This document shows positions 31,998-42,704 of a stretch of DNA of 64,000 nucleotides, one piece after another. The stretch is from Candidatus Latescibacterota bacterium (GTDB lineage Bacteria > Latescibacterota > UBA2968 > GCA-2709665). The stretch spans positions 3,456,001 to 3,520,000 of the forward strand of contig OZ242180.1 of the NCBI GenBank assembly GCA_965205485.1, written 5' to 3'. Both the position numbers and the translations under genes were made by a program. The stretch's first letter is position 1. Each line of letters starts with the position of its first letter. Below the pieces are notes generated by a model. It saw only the letters and a program-made list of their open reading frames with translations. It was not told where the DNA came from and did not search any database.

Positions 31998-32024
31998 CGG
32001 GCGCCCACAAGGGACGCCCCTACA
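31998..32024 (-). repeat. GTAG-type REP
   Basis: GTAGGGGCGTCCCTTGTGGGCGCCCG on the minus strand. Confidence 0.8.
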
Positions 32025-32111
32025 AGACGAGGGCGAACCAAAGACGCGACGGTTGGTGGGTCTGCGCCGGCATTCGAGCCGAATTGTAATCTGAGGCGAG
32101 TACGAGGCACT

Positions 32112-33539
32112 ATGAACCGAGAAGACTATTATCGATGGGCTGAACGCGCCGCGCGGTGGGGCGCCGAGTACCTCGAAACGCTCGAGGACCGCCCCGTTCG
32201 GGCCCAGACCGTGCCGGGTGAGATCATCGCGATGTTGCCTGCATCGCCGCCTGAATTGCCGGAATCGATGGAGACGATCTTCGCTGACTTCGAGCGCATC
32301 GTGCCGGGCGGGATGACCCATTGGCAGCACCCTCGCTTTTTCGCGTACTTCCCTGCCAGCGCCGCGCCTGTTTCGATGATCGCCGAGAACCTGACGGCTG
32401 TGATGGCGGCCCAGTGCATGCTCTGGCAGACATCGCCAGCGGCCACGGAAATCGAGACCCGGATGGTGGACTGGATGCGCCAGGCGATCGGACTCCCGCA
32501 GGGTTTCCAGGGCGTCATCCAGGACACGGCAACGGCGGCTAATCTCTGCGCCGTTCTGACGATGCGGGAACGCGCGCTCGACTGGCGAGGGATCGGCGAC
32601 GGAATGGCTGGGGAGAAGCCGCTACGTATCTATGCCTCGCCGGAGACCCATTCATCAATAGACAAATCCATCCGGATCGCGGGGATCGGCCAACGGAACC
32701 TCGTCAAAGTGCCCACCGATGGACTCGACGCTCTCGACCCGGATGCGCTTCGCGAGGCGGTACGCGACGATCAGGCCGCAGGGTTTCTACCGGCCGGTGT
32801 GGTACTGTGTGTCGGCGGTACGTCGATCGGCGCGTCCGACCGCGTGCGTCCGGCCATCGAAGTCGCGCGTGAGTTCGATCTCTACGTCCACGTGGACGCC
32901 GCGTGGGCCGGCTCGGCGATGATCTGCCCCGAACTGCGGGTGTTGTGGGAGGGCGTCGAGAAGGCGGACAGCATCGTGTTCAATCCCCACAAGTGGCTCG
33001 GCGCGCAGTTCGACTGTTCCATCCAGTTCCTCGCCGATCCCGAACCGCAGGTCCGCACCCTGGGAATCCGCCCGGAATACCTGGAGACACTCGGGCAGTC
33101 CCAGATTACCAACTACAGCGAGTGGACGATCCCCCTCGGGCGCAGATTCCGGGCGCTCAAGCTCTGGTTTCTGTTACGCGCGCACGGGCTGGAAGATCTC
33201 CGAGAGCGGATCCGGAACCATATCGCGTGGGCCGAGGAGGCCGCCGCGGCGATCGCATCGCTGGACGGATTTCGACTGATGACGGAATGCCGCCTGTCGC
33301 TTTTCACGTTCCAATACGCGCCCGATGGCGAGGATGTCGACGACGCCACCGAGCGACTTCTCCGCGCAGTCAACGACGACGGCCGGATCTACCTGACCCA
33401 TACGATCCACGAGGGCAGGTTCGTCATCCGCTTTCAGGTCGGGCAGTTCGACTGTCGAAGAGAAGACGTGCAAATGGCGGTCGACGTGCTGCGGGAGTTG
33501 GCCGCGGGCATTGACCCCTTTGCCCTGAACGAACGTTGA
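32112..33539 (+). CDS. PLP-dependent aromatic L-amino acid decarboxylase family
   Basis: THWQHPRFFAYFP, SPAATEIE, HVDAAWAG, FNPHKW, LGRRFRALKLW. Confidence 0.92.
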   Translation: MNREDYYRWAERAARWGAEYLETLEDRPVRAQTVPGEIIAMLPASPPELPESMETIFADFERIVPGGMTHWQHPRFFAYFPASAAPVSMIAENLTAVMAAQCMLWQTSPAATEIETRMVDWMRQAIGLPQGFQGVIQDTATAANLCAVLTMRERALDWRGIGDGMAGEKPLRIYASPETHSSIDKSIRIAGIGQRNLVKVPTDGLDALDPDALREAVRDDQAAGFLPAGVVLCVGGTSIGASDRVRPAIEVAREFDLYVHVDAAWAGSAMICPELRVLWEGVEKADSIVFNPHKWLGAQFDCSIQFLADPEPQVRTLGIRPEYLETLGQSQITNYSEWTIPLGRRFRALKLWFLLRAHGLEDLRERIRNHIAWAEEAAAAIASLDGFRLMTECRLSLFTFQYAPDGEDVDDATERLLRAVNDDGRIYLTHTIHEGRFVIRFQVGQFDCRREDVQMAVDVLRELAAGIDPFALNER

Positions 33540-33555
33540 TCACGACCCATGGTGA

Positions 33556-34524
33556 TTGAGCGAATTCATGATCATGTCCATCAGACAGGAACGTGAACAT
33601 TTCATTGGGCAGATTAAGGAGGAAATGGCTGAATATCCTGTCCCTCCTCCCCTCGACATGCAGATTCTGGACAAGCACTATCGGTCCGATCGTGATCACG
33701 TTTACGAAGAATGGAAGATTGATTACCGCGTTGAGACGGAAGAAACGATGCCTCAGTTGCCGGGAAGAAGCGTACCGGCATACCTTCTGGTCCCCAAAGA
33801 TGAGCGATTCTCACCACCCTACCCGGCAATGGTTGCCTTTCATCAGTGCAACACCGACTGTATTATTGCAAAGGATGCCGTTGTTGGGAAGGCCGTCCAA
33901 CGCCCCGATCAGGCCTATGGCTATGAGCTTGTTATTCAAGGGTTTGTCGTTCTGGCGCCTGATGCGATAAATTGCGGCGAGCGTAATATTCCTTCAATCA
34001 GACGCCCCTATGAGAACAATCACTGCCATCAGATTCTGAGCGAACCCCTGGGACGGCCTTTCTGGTTCAAGCACGCGTACGATGGAATGCGCGCGGTCGA
34101 TGTCCTTTCAGCACTGGACTTTGTGGATTCTGAACGCATTGGCGTGATCGGTCACTCCATGGGATCGGCGCAGGCTGCCAGTACGATGGCTCGCGATCCG
34201 CGCGTCAAGGTGGGTCTTGTAACGGGGCGGGTCACAAAAAAGAATCTATTGGCAATTGCACCGCGCTATCTGATGACGGTGCTGCAATCTCTGGAAAAGA
34301 CTCCTGAAACTATCGCGCAGATTCGAGAGTACTTCGACGAAGCCATGCGGGAATTCTACGAACCGGACGGGTTGTCAGATCATTTGTATCTTACCGTTCA
34401 GAAATGCGGGCACAGTTTCCCCGATGAATACAAAAGCGAAGCATTTTCCCGGTTGAGGAGCTATTTCAATGCGAGCTCAACCGACGTCCAATTCGGCAAG
34501 GCGGTTGGAGAAATCGATGAATAA
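33556..34524 (+). CDS. Alpha/beta hydrolase (dienelactone hydrolase-like)
   Basis: VPAYLLVP, RIGVIGHSMG nucleophile elbow; start uncertain. Confidence 0.8.
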   Translation: MSEFMIMSIRQEREHFIGQIKEEMAEYPVPPPLDMQILDKHYRSDRDHVYEEWKIDYRVETEETMPQLPGRSVPAYLLVPKDERFSPPYPAMVAFHQCNTDCIIAKDAVVGKAVQRPDQAYGYELVIQGFVVLAPDAINCGERNIPSIRRPYENNHCHQILSEPLGRPFWFKHAYDGMRAVDVLSALDFVDSERIGVIGHSMGSAQAASTMARDPRVKVGLVTGRVTKKNLLAIAPRYLMTVLQSLEKTPETIAQIREYFDEAMREFYEPDGLSDHLYLTVQKCGHSFPDEYKSEAFSRLRSYFNASSTDVQFGKAVGEIDE

Positions 34525-34993
34525 GTGCTCCCGGTTCTCAGGCGGCTGCGGTTGCGGAGAGTTCCGATACGGGCTCCGGAACCCGCCCCTTTTCGTACAC
34601 GCATGTCACTGCCTCGATTGCCAGAAGGCATCCGGTTCCGCATTCCGGATTACAACCATCGTCCTGGAACGCGACATCGTGATCAATCAGGGCGACGTTT
34701 CGTTCAGGAAGATATCGACGCATCGAACGGAATTCATCTGCAAGTCCTGTGGTGATGTCATTTACGGGACTGCGACGAATCACCCTGCAACGGCGCTCCT
34801 GAACACGAGAACACTGGATGACCCCAGGATGCTGGAGATCGGTGCACATATCTGGACCGTAGACAGGCACCCCTGGCTTGTTTTGCCGACCGATGTTCCT
34901 CAGTATGAAAAGGGATACGAAAGGAACGAGGTTTGGCCACAGGAGAACCTGCAACGCCTGCGTCGCGCTGTGGATGAAGGTGGCCGGATCTAA
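34517..34993 (+). CDS. GFA (CENP-V) family protein
   Basis: GGCGCG, ACHCLDCQKASG, CKSCG. Confidence 0.9.
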   Translation: MNKCSRFSGGCGCGEFRYGLRNPPLFVHACHCLDCQKASGSAFRITTIVLERDIVINQGDVSFRKISTHRTEFICKSCGDVIYGTATNHPATALLNTRTLDDPRMLEIGAHIWTVDRHPWLVLPTDVPQYEKGYERNEVWPQENLQRLRRAVDEGGRI

Positions 34994-35387
34994 AGATGAA
35001 ATATCCACGAAGACAGTCGGTCGTGTTTTATGCCCGTTTGAATTTCGATAGATTCAGCGCGAATTTCTGTACGACAGCATCTAAAGAAATACGGAATCTG
35101 ATTGGTCAGTGTGATGTTCGGCGGTCTTCAGAGGTAAGGATTCATCGCTCTGGCGCGGAGTAGTGAGCATTTGTCCGACTCCTGGTTCCCAATCCTGCGT
35201 AATCCTGGCAGGTTTTGCTTTTATCCTGACTATCCTGTCCATCCATGTAAGTTTAGACTCTTGAATTGAAGAGGCTGATGGATCCGTTCGAGAACAAGCT
35301 GACCTTCACGAGTCTGACAAACAAGCCGGCGTGATTGCCATTCGCAGCTTGCGCAATGCGACGACACGTGTCTCTGGAGCCGTTCAG

Positions 35388-35852
35388 ATGCGCTTTAATA
35401 TCGAACCACTGACTCAATCCGACGCCGAGACGATCGCGACATGGCATTACGATGGCGAATATGCCTTCTATGACGCTGAAGCGGATCCCGAGGATCTTGA
35501 GGAACTCCTGGATCCGGCGCTTCGCGGCGACTCGATGTTTGCCGTTCGGGATGGCGCGGGCGATCTGGTCGGCTTCTTCGCGTTCCAGATCGAGGATGGC
35601 GTGGTGGATTTCGGTCTGGGACTTCGACCCGATCTGACTGGGAGGGGTCTGGGGGCGGACTTTGCCCGAGCGGGCCTTGATTGCGCAAGAACCCGATTCT
35701 CGCCGAAGACCATCCAGCTTCGGGTCGCGGCATTCAACAAACGCGCGATCAAGGTCTATCAACGCGTCGGTTTCAGGGAAGTCGAACACTATTTGAATCG
35801 CACGAACGGCGGCGAGTTCGAGTTCATTCGAATGGAATTGACGGACACATAA
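35388..35852 (+). CDS. GNAT N-acetyltransferase
   Basis: GLGLRPDLTGRGLG, FNKRAIKVYQRVGF. Confidence 0.9.
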   Translation: MRFNIEPLTQSDAETIATWHYDGEYAFYDAEADPEDLEELLDPALRGDSMFAVRDGAGDLVGFFAFQIEDGVVDFGLGLRPDLTGRGLGADFARAGLDCARTRFSPKTIQLRVAAFNKRAIKVYQRVGFREVEHYLNRTNGGEFEFIRMELTDT

Positions 35853-35937
35853 GAACAGCAGGGTTGAACTTTAATCTGTGCACATTAGCGCATGAACCCG
35901 CGCCGTCGCCTCCTTCCTTTCCTAGTGGACCAAGTAG

Positions 35938-36663
35938 ATGGATCTGGTCACACTTGACAGAATGCCTGAAATGTCGGGCGCTTTGAAAGAACTGAACGAT
36001 TCCACCTGGCCCGCGTTTCTGTCGCGCTCGAATGTACGGAACTGGTCTTCCATTTACACGGAGTTTACGGGCTTTCAGATCCTCGTCCTCAATCGCAATG
36101 CTCTGGTGGCCGCGGGTTTGTCCGTACCGTTTGATTGGGCGCCAGGCGGTCTCTTGCCATCTACGATTGACGAAGTGGTTCATCCGGCCCATTGGCCCTT
36201 AATGACCGCGGGTGTACTCTGTGCTGTCGGTATTCTCGTGCGGCCGATGTATCGCAGAAGGGGAATTAGTCGAAAGATCCTTTCCGAAATGCGATCTCTG
36301 TCGGAAGTTAAGGGATTGCGGGGCGTTCTGGCGCCTGTGAGACCGAACCGGAAGCATGTCTTTCCGGAAGAGGAAATCGAAACGTACGCCAACCGCCGGG
36401 ATGAGAAGGGTCGTTTGCTAGATCCGTGGCTGCGCGTCCACGAGGAATTGGGTGGCGAAAGACTGGGTTTCATGCACGAATCGGTTACAGTGACTGCTTC
36501 GATCCAGGACTGGGAGAAATGGACGGAAATGCGATTTTCAACGTCGGGATCCTACTGCATTCCGGATGGATTGGCGCCAATCACAATCGACCTGGAAGAC
36601 AATCTGGGCACATACCGTGAACCGAACGTTTGGTACTTTCATCGATCGAGATTACAAGACTGA
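35938..36663 (+). CDS. GNAT-like acetyltransferase
   Basis: YRRRGIS, APVRPN.K, DPWLRVH..LGG. Confidence 0.8.
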   Translation: MDLVTLDRMPEMSGALKELNDSTWPAFLSRSNVRNWSSIYTEFTGFQILVLNRNALVAAGLSVPFDWAPGGLLPSTIDEVVHPAHWPLMTAGVLCAVGILVRPMYRRRGISRKILSEMRSLSEVKGLRGVLAPVRPNRKHVFPEEEIETYANRRDEKGRLLDPWLRVHEELGGERLGFMHESVTVTASIQDWEKWTEMRFSTSGSYCIPDGLAPITIDLEDNLGTYREPNVWYFHRSRLQD

Positions 36664-36809
36664 CGTGGGAGGTGCGCTATACACGACACTTTCAGCCTGC
36701 ACTCCAGGAGTGCGTAAACTCGAAAACCGACGGATTTGGAATTCATTCTGACGCAGTCGGTATCTATTCCCATTTGGAATAGATCGCCATGGTGTTTTTC
36801 TAATTGACC

Positions 36810-37449
36810 CACTGCTGTCCAAGAACTGTGGCAATCTTGGAGATGAGGTTCGAAGAGTAAATTCGATTGGCGATTTTGGACGGGTTTGACCCGGTTAACG
36901 TTAACGAGGTCGCCACAGGTTCACGTTTTTTCAATACCTGTCATTCTAAGCGGAATCGAAGCATCGTTCGCCGCTTCCGTCCCGCGCTGGAGGTGGACGT
37001 GCTGCCTCTCAGATGTCGAAATGTGCAATCCGCACAAGAATAATCACATGTCGCAGTAGATCCTTCGTCGGCCTGGGTGCCGGTCCTGGATGATAGTCTG
37101 GTTTCAAGTGGAACCGATGCACTTCGTGGACGTTGCACCCAGGCCTCCTCTGGATGACAGTACCGGCCAACGTGTGAAGGATACATGTCGATGATTGTTA
37201 CTGCAAAACGTGTCATTCTGAGCGGAGTCGAAGAATCTCCCGTCTTCTCGATTGTACGTGTCGCACATGCGTTTTGAAGACGAACCTGTGCGCGGACGCC
37301 TGGCCAGCCTATCTGCCTCCCGTGCATAGCATTCACGCTCACTTGAAAAGGATACATTTCGCCCTGGCTGTGGTCGTTTTTTCCATCTGTATATTTCGCG
37401 CACTTTCCCGACCATCGTAGTGAATCAAACCGGTTCTTGGACAGTTGTG
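36810..37449. mobile_element. MITE family A, copy 3 (best preserved)
   Basis: TIR CACTGCTGTCCAAGAAC vs reverse-complemented right end CACAACTGTCCAAGAAC (15/17); flanks TAATTGACC / TTATTGACC (8/9). Confidence 0.8.
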
Positions 37450-37608
37450 TTATTGACCGATTTTGTGACTGACAACATCCACAGATGGAAAACATTGATT
37501 CATTGCACAGATGGAATCGTGAAAAAGCCCGCGATGGATCCTTTTTTCGTACTTTTCTCAGTCGAAACACAGTGAGCGGATCGGTTACCCAACGAGACTG
37601 GAGGCGAC

Positions 37609-38064
37609 ATGTCACCGAGTGCTGTGACGTACGAAGGCAGCTGTCTCTGCGGTCGGATCCGTATCCAGGTAACAGGTTCGCCCGTCTCGGCCGGATATTG
37701 CCATTGCAAGACCTGCAGGACGTGGCACGCGGCTCCGGTCAACGCCTATGCGACCTGCCCGAACGAGGCCGTACGCATCACGGTAGGCGAAGAACTAATC
37801 GAGAATTATCAGGATAGACGAAGCAATCGGCATTGGTGCAGGCACTGCGGATCCGGACTGTTGAACCGGCTGGCGAAAGGAAGGACGGTGGTTTATGCCA
37901 TGGTACTTGCCGATTCGGGTTATGTCCACGAAGCAAACTGTCACATTCACTGCGACGAGGCCGTACTCGATCTGCAGGATGGAATTCCGAAGTATTCTGG
38001 ATGGCCGAATTCAGAACCCACTGACGAACCGCGTCGGACCAGGATGCGCCCTGCCGGGACCTGA
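37609..38064 (+). CDS. GFA (CENP-V) family protein
   Basis: GSCLCG, YCHCKTCR, CRHCGS. Confidence 0.9.
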   Translation: MSPSAVTYEGSCLCGRIRIQVTGSPVSAGYCHCKTCRTWHAAPVNAYATCPNEAVRITVGEELIENYQDRRSNRHWCRHCGSGLLNRLAKGRTVVYAMVLADSGYVHEANCHIHCDEAVLDLQDGIPKYSGWPNSEPTDEPRRTRMRPAGT

Positions 38065-38123
38065 GGTGAATTCCCGGACGGCTCGATCTATGAAAAATTG
38101 GAATATATCATTGTGTTTCCGCT

Positions 38124-38428
38124 CACTGCTGTCCACGCCGGGGATAGATTTGGGACCGTTGTGGTTGGCGTTCCCGGGAGCGAGGGCATCCTGCCCTCGA
38201 TGTGAATAGGGGTAGGTGACGCGAAGTTCGAGGGCAGGATGCCCTCGCTCCGGTTACGGGTGGTTCCTGTCGTGATAACGGGCAGATTGCCCTCGATCGC
38301 AGGGTGTTCACGACCTGTATAGCGACTTCGGCGTCTTGCCAGGTTCTGCGGCCACCCGTAAGGGGAGAATACCAGGTCCGATTACCGCTGTCCTGGTTTA
38401 TTTGGAAAATTCGATTTGGACGGGTGTG
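38124..38428. mobile_element. MITE family A, copy 4
   Basis: Ends CACTGCTGTCCA / TGGACGGGTGTG; flanks GTTTCCGCT / ATTTCCGCC (7/9). Confidence 0.7.
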
Positions 38429-38489
38429 ATTTCCGCCGGAAAAGATCTCATCTGAAGCGTGATTCTGCTTCAAGGCCGGTGTCGACACA

Positions 38490-39013
38490 ATGCATCTATA
38501 CAAGGTATCTGCTCCGCGCGAGAGTTTGGTGTTCCATCCAACGAGATTCTACCGTACTGAGGATTTTCGGAGCAGCAGTAGACGGCCCAAACCGGGCTAC
38601 ATCGCTGACAGACTGCTCTATGCCGGCGACTTCGACGAGATTTCAATTCACCTGTTTCCGAAAGATTCATAGAATTCGAGTGAGGAACGCTGAAGAGTCC
38701 AGGAGGAAAGCTTTCGATCCTGGGATTCGAGACAGATGCGGCCAGAAGGTGTTACATCTTCGTGAATCGTGAGGATGAGACGCGGATAGCGGAATTTGAG
38801 GCCAACGTCTATGTTTTCGAGGTCCGCCATTTCACGAAGACACCCAGCAACGAATACATCTCCAGGGAACCCGTCGAAGCCATCGGTTCCGAATCCTATA
38901 CGATGCAGGAGATCCTGCGCAGATGGCGCATCCAGCTTATCCCTGTCGACTCCGTGCCAGAACTATCCGGTTTTCTCACGGACGCCAGTGTCGTCTATTC
39001 CTATCAGACGTGA
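38490..39013 (+). pseudogene. Fragmented hypothetical gene
   Basis: Coding-like segments in successive frames (38490-38672, then 38762-39013 ending EYISREPVEAI...). Confidence 0.45.
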
Positions 39014-39084
39014 CAGGCGATCACTACGTATCTGCCAATTGCGTATATTTCGCTCAACGACAGGTTCGCGACGGAAGCCATCAG

Positions 39085-39597
39085 ATGAAACAACGCACGA
39101 AGGGAAGAATACCACCGACGATCCGTTCGGCTACCTCTGCAGACGCGGACATTGTGACCCGTATTTACATCGATTCCTGGAACGCAGGATTCGGCGCGTT
39201 GCTGTCGCGGGCGGATAGAACCGTGACACCGGCGCTTGTTGAACGCTGGCGGCATGATCTGATTCAACCTGTCCCACGTCGATGGTGGGTCGCTGAACAT
39301 TCCGGTACAACTGCAGGGGTCGCCGGCATCGGACCCAGCAGGGATCCGGCGGCTGAACGCCTCGGCGAAATCGATACCATCGCTGTATGTCCGTCGCGCT
39401 GGCGCACAGGAATAGGCAAGGCATTGATGTCCGTCGCACTGCGTTATCTGGTTGCGGACGGCTACGACGAAGCGATCGTGTGGACCGTAGAAGGCTACGA
39501 ACGCGGAATCGCTTTCTACGAGGCCATGGGGTGGAGCCGCGATGGGGGCGTCCGGGACGGTGGGCGACAGATCCGCCTCAGACGAGATTTCACGTAA
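39085..39597 (+). CDS. GNAT N-acetyltransferase
   Basis: IAVCPSRWRTGIGKALM, FYEAMGW. Confidence 0.88.
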   Translation: MKQRTKGRIPPTIRSATSADADIVTRIYIDSWNAGFGALLSRADRTVTPALVERWRHDLIQPVPRRWWVAEHSGTTAGVAGIGPSRDPAAERLGEIDTIAVCPSRWRTGIGKALMSVALRYLVADGYDEAIVWTVEGYERGIAFYEAMGWSRDGGVRDGGRQIRLRRDFT

Positions 39598-39608
39598 AGG
39601 TTCCCGGA

Positions 39609-40040
39609 ATGGAAAAACTGACTGAACGTCTGGCGGGAATTCACAGGAATGACGTGGGCGCCGTTGCCGAGTTCAGGAAGGGCGGTATCTGGAATTCTAT
39701 TACCGGCCTCCCTACACGAGAGAGGAGTGCGTCCGCTTTGTAGACACGTGCATCGCCTGGTCTGGAGAAAATCCGAGAACCAGGTACCAGCTGGCTATTA
39801 CAGACCGAGCATGCGAGGTATTGCTCGGTAACTGCGGAGTGCGCATGGAAAGCATCGAAAGCCGGCGAGGCGACGTCGGCTACGAATTGTCGCCGGCGTA
39901 CTGGGGGAACGGCTACGCGACGGAGGCTGTTCGAGCGATGCTTGACCGTTTAATTTGGAACTGCACGAGATCGAAGCCAGGTGTGTTGGCAAACAAACGG
40001 TCCGTGCGTCTTCTTCTTGGATTCGAGGCGACGGAGCCAT
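39609..40040 (+). pseudogene. RimJ/RimL-type GNAT, multiply frameshifted
   Basis: DVGYELSPAYWGNGYATEA, then ELHEIEARC and NKRSVRLL in different frames. Confidence 0.65.
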
Positions 40041-40199
40041 GCAGCCCGGACAGTGCAGGACGAATTCACGCGGATGTTACCCGAACGGAGAGTATTTCTG
40101 CTGTCTCGGGACCAATGGATCCACAGCATGTCCGGTCTCAATGCATGAAGTCGTTTGAGGCATTGGATCGACCGGGCATTTTAGCCAGGAGACAAAACT

Positions 40200-40568
40200 G
40201 TGAGCATACATCGCATTACGTCGATGGTTCCGATAACCGATCTGGATCAGGCGATTACCTTTTACTCGCAAGGGCTGGGTCTGAAGGTCGTCCGCCGAAG
40301 GGATGACTGGGGCCACGCCATACTCGAAGGTGAGCATCGTTGCCAGGTGATGATTGACCGATCGATACGTTCGGAATCGAACGCCGCGACTGTCGTTTAC
40401 TACTATACGTCCGAGATCGAGTCGGTACGAGACCGCTTGATCGCCGCCGGATTCGACCCCGATCCCATCGGCGAAACGTTCTACGACATGACGGAATTCA
40501 GAGTGCGGGATCCCGACGGGAATCGGGTCTGGGTCGGTGCGCGTGACGATCCTGAGAGGCGCTCCTGA
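40200..40568 (+). CDS. VOC/glyoxalase family protein
   Basis: DLDQAITFY..LG, TFYDMTEFRVRDPDGN. Confidence 0.9.
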   Translation: MSIHRITSMVPITDLDQAITFYSQGLGLKVVRRRDDWGHAILEGEHRCQVMIDRSIRSESNAATVVYYYTSEIESVRDRLIAAGFDPDPIGETFYDMTEFRVRDPDGNRVWVGARDDPERRS

Positions 40569-40658
40569 GGCTGCTCCCGGAACGGATCCGATAACGATCC
40601 AGGATGTTGGATCACGGAATTCAATTCACACACATCGACTCACGAAAGGAATATATCC

Positions 40659-41561
40659 ATGAGCAACTATATCGTAGTATCGAGCATCTCCTACGCCCCG
40701 ATCAGCGGTGATGACGAGAAGGTGATGGCGCAGACCCATAAGGACCTGAAGGACCTGGTGGGGCAGGTCGCGCGCGCCACTTCGCCCGATCTGATCGTCC
40801 TGCCGGAGACGATCTGCCGTACATGCGACGAGGAGGTGCCGGAAGGGCCTACGACACAGTTGCTGGCAGGCCTGGCGCGGGAATACAACTGCTATATCAC
40901 TGTGCCGGTACATCAGAAAGAACCCAAGAGCGAGGCGGTCTTCAACGTCCTCGGGCTGCTCGACCGGCGGGGGGAACTGGCCGGAATCTATCGCAAGTAC
41001 ATTCCGGTCTACCCCGAATTCGACCACGGCACGCGTCCGGGTCCCGGAGCGACGCTGATCCGCACGGAATTCGGTCCCGTGGGCGGGGTGATCTGTTTCG
41101 ACCTGAACTTTGGCGAACTGCGGGCGCAGTACAAGAAGCTCAAACCGAAACTGCTGCTCTTCAGTTCCATGTACCACGGCGGCCTGGTGCAGAACTTCTG
41201 GGCGCTGGACGTGCAGGCCTACTTCGTCGGCTCGGTGTACAGGGGGACGCCCTGCACCATCATCGATCCGCAGGGGACCACCCTGGACACGAGCAATAAC
41301 TACAGAAGCTGGGCTTCCGCTCGCATCAACCTGGACTTTGAAGTGGTGCATCTCGACAAGAATCGGGCCAGATTCGACGATATCCATCGAAAGTACGGCG
41401 AGGCCGTGCGCATTGTCATCACCGGGGAGGTGGGCACATCGGTGATCTACAGCGAGACCGCGGAGCGCACCGCGGCTGACATCGTCGACGAGTTCGAACT
41501 GGTGCGCCTGTACGATTACTTCGAGTGGTCAAGAGAACTGCGCACGGAGCATTTGAAGTGA
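40659..41561 (+). CDS. Carbon-nitrogen hydrolase (nitrilase superfamily)
   Basis: E-K-C triad: VLPE, YRK, ICFD. Confidence 0.88.
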   Translation: MSNYIVVSSISYAPISGDDEKVMAQTHKDLKDLVGQVARATSPDLIVLPETICRTCDEEVPEGPTTQLLAGLAREYNCYITVPVHQKEPKSEAVFNVLGLLDRRGELAGIYRKYIPVYPEFDHGTRPGPGATLIRTEFGPVGGVICFDLNFGELRAQYKKLKPKLLLFSSMYHGGLVQNFWALDVQAYFVGSVYRGTPCTIIDPQGTTLDTSNNYRSWASARINLDFEVVHLDKNRARFDDIHRKYGEAVRIVITGEVGTSVIYSETAERTAADIVDEFELVRLYDYFEWSRELRTEHLK

Positions 41562-41672
41562 ATTAAGACAGTCACCTGATTCCCCGCAGTTCAGTCACAA
41601 AGGTATGGATCTGAATCCCTGATCGCGCGTCCAGCCGGCAACGCGGACGGTTCATTTGGCGGATTTTGTCGT

Positions 41673-41736
41673 CCTTCGCCGGCCCTTCGACCCTTCGACA
41701 GGCTCAGGGACCACAAGCTCAGGGAACGGCTCCGGG
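41673..41736. repeat. Three-level self-nested REP-like element
   Basis: Same architecture as 29949-30037 with one fewer nesting level. Confidence 0.7.
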
Positions 41737-41788
41737 TTCAGGCTGAATTAAGGTCGCTGCGTTCGCCGCGAACAGGACTGGTAGGGAT

Positions 41789-42655
41789 ATGCAAGTCACG
41801 TTTCTAGGAACAGCGGCCGCGCCCTCGGTGCCGAGCCCGTTCTGCGTGTGCGAGGCCTGTACCTGCGCGAGGCGTGCGGGCGGAAAGAACCTCAGAAGGC
41901 GGTCGTCCATCGTAATCAACGATGACTTGATGGTGGATATCGGTCCGGACGTCGTCAGTGCATCATTCTTCCATGGCGTAGCCCTCACCGGAATCGGCGT
42001 CTGCCTCATGACGCACGCCCACGAGGACCACTACGACCCCGAGTTTATCATGTCGAGGCACGAATCCTATGGGACTGTGCTCGCGAAAGAGATGATTCTG
42101 GCGGGTTCAATCGATACACTGAGAGCCATTGACAAGGACCTGTCCGGGAGATGCCGATACGGCAGCATCTTCGACCGACAGGCCCAGCGAGCTCTTGGGA
42201 TCGATCCGTTGCCCCTCAAACCGTTCGAGGGACGTGTCGTCGGCAATTATCGGGTCACAGGATATCCCGCGAACCACGGAACGGTAGCGGGCGCCCTGCT
42301 CTATGGGATCGAGCAGGGCCGGCTGGCCGTATTCTACGGTACGGATACATCGGTGCTTCCGGAGCACGTATGGGAGCATCTGCTGCTTGCCGGCACCCGG
42401 TTCGATCTGCTCATCCTCGATCACACGTACGGCGTCGGAATCGACGTCAGCCCGCCCGACCATCTTGCATCCGTTGACGTCATCGGACACGTGGACCGCT
42501 TCCGGCGCAGCGGTCTCCTGAAGGACAACGGACGGGTCTACGCGACTCACATTTCGCACGAAGGATACCTGGAGCACGACGAGCTCGACGCCTATGCCTC
42601 GGCGAACGGATACAGAATCGCATTCGACGGATTGTCGCTGACATTCGACGGCTGA
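41789..42655 (+). CDS. MBL-fold metallo-hydrolase (PhnP-like)
   Basis: FLGTAAA, CVCEAC, THAHEDH, ATHISH. Confidence 0.88.
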   Translation: MQVTFLGTAAAPSVPSPFCVCEACTCARRAGGKNLRRRSSIVINDDLMVDIGPDVVSASFFHGVALTGIGVCLMTHAHEDHYDPEFIMSRHESYGTVLAKEMILAGSIDTLRAIDKDLSGRCRYGSIFDRQAQRALGIDPLPLKPFEGRVVGNYRVTGYPANHGTVAGALLYGIEQGRLAVFYGTDTSVLPEHVWEHLLLAGTRFDLLILDHTYGVGIDVSPPDHLASVDVIGHVDRFRRSGLLKDNGRVYATHISHEGYLEHDELDAYASANGYRIAFDGLSLTFDG

Positions 42656-42704
42656 CAACAGATCACCGCGCGTAAGCTGCGCTCGTCAGGCCAAAACGAA
42701 TACC

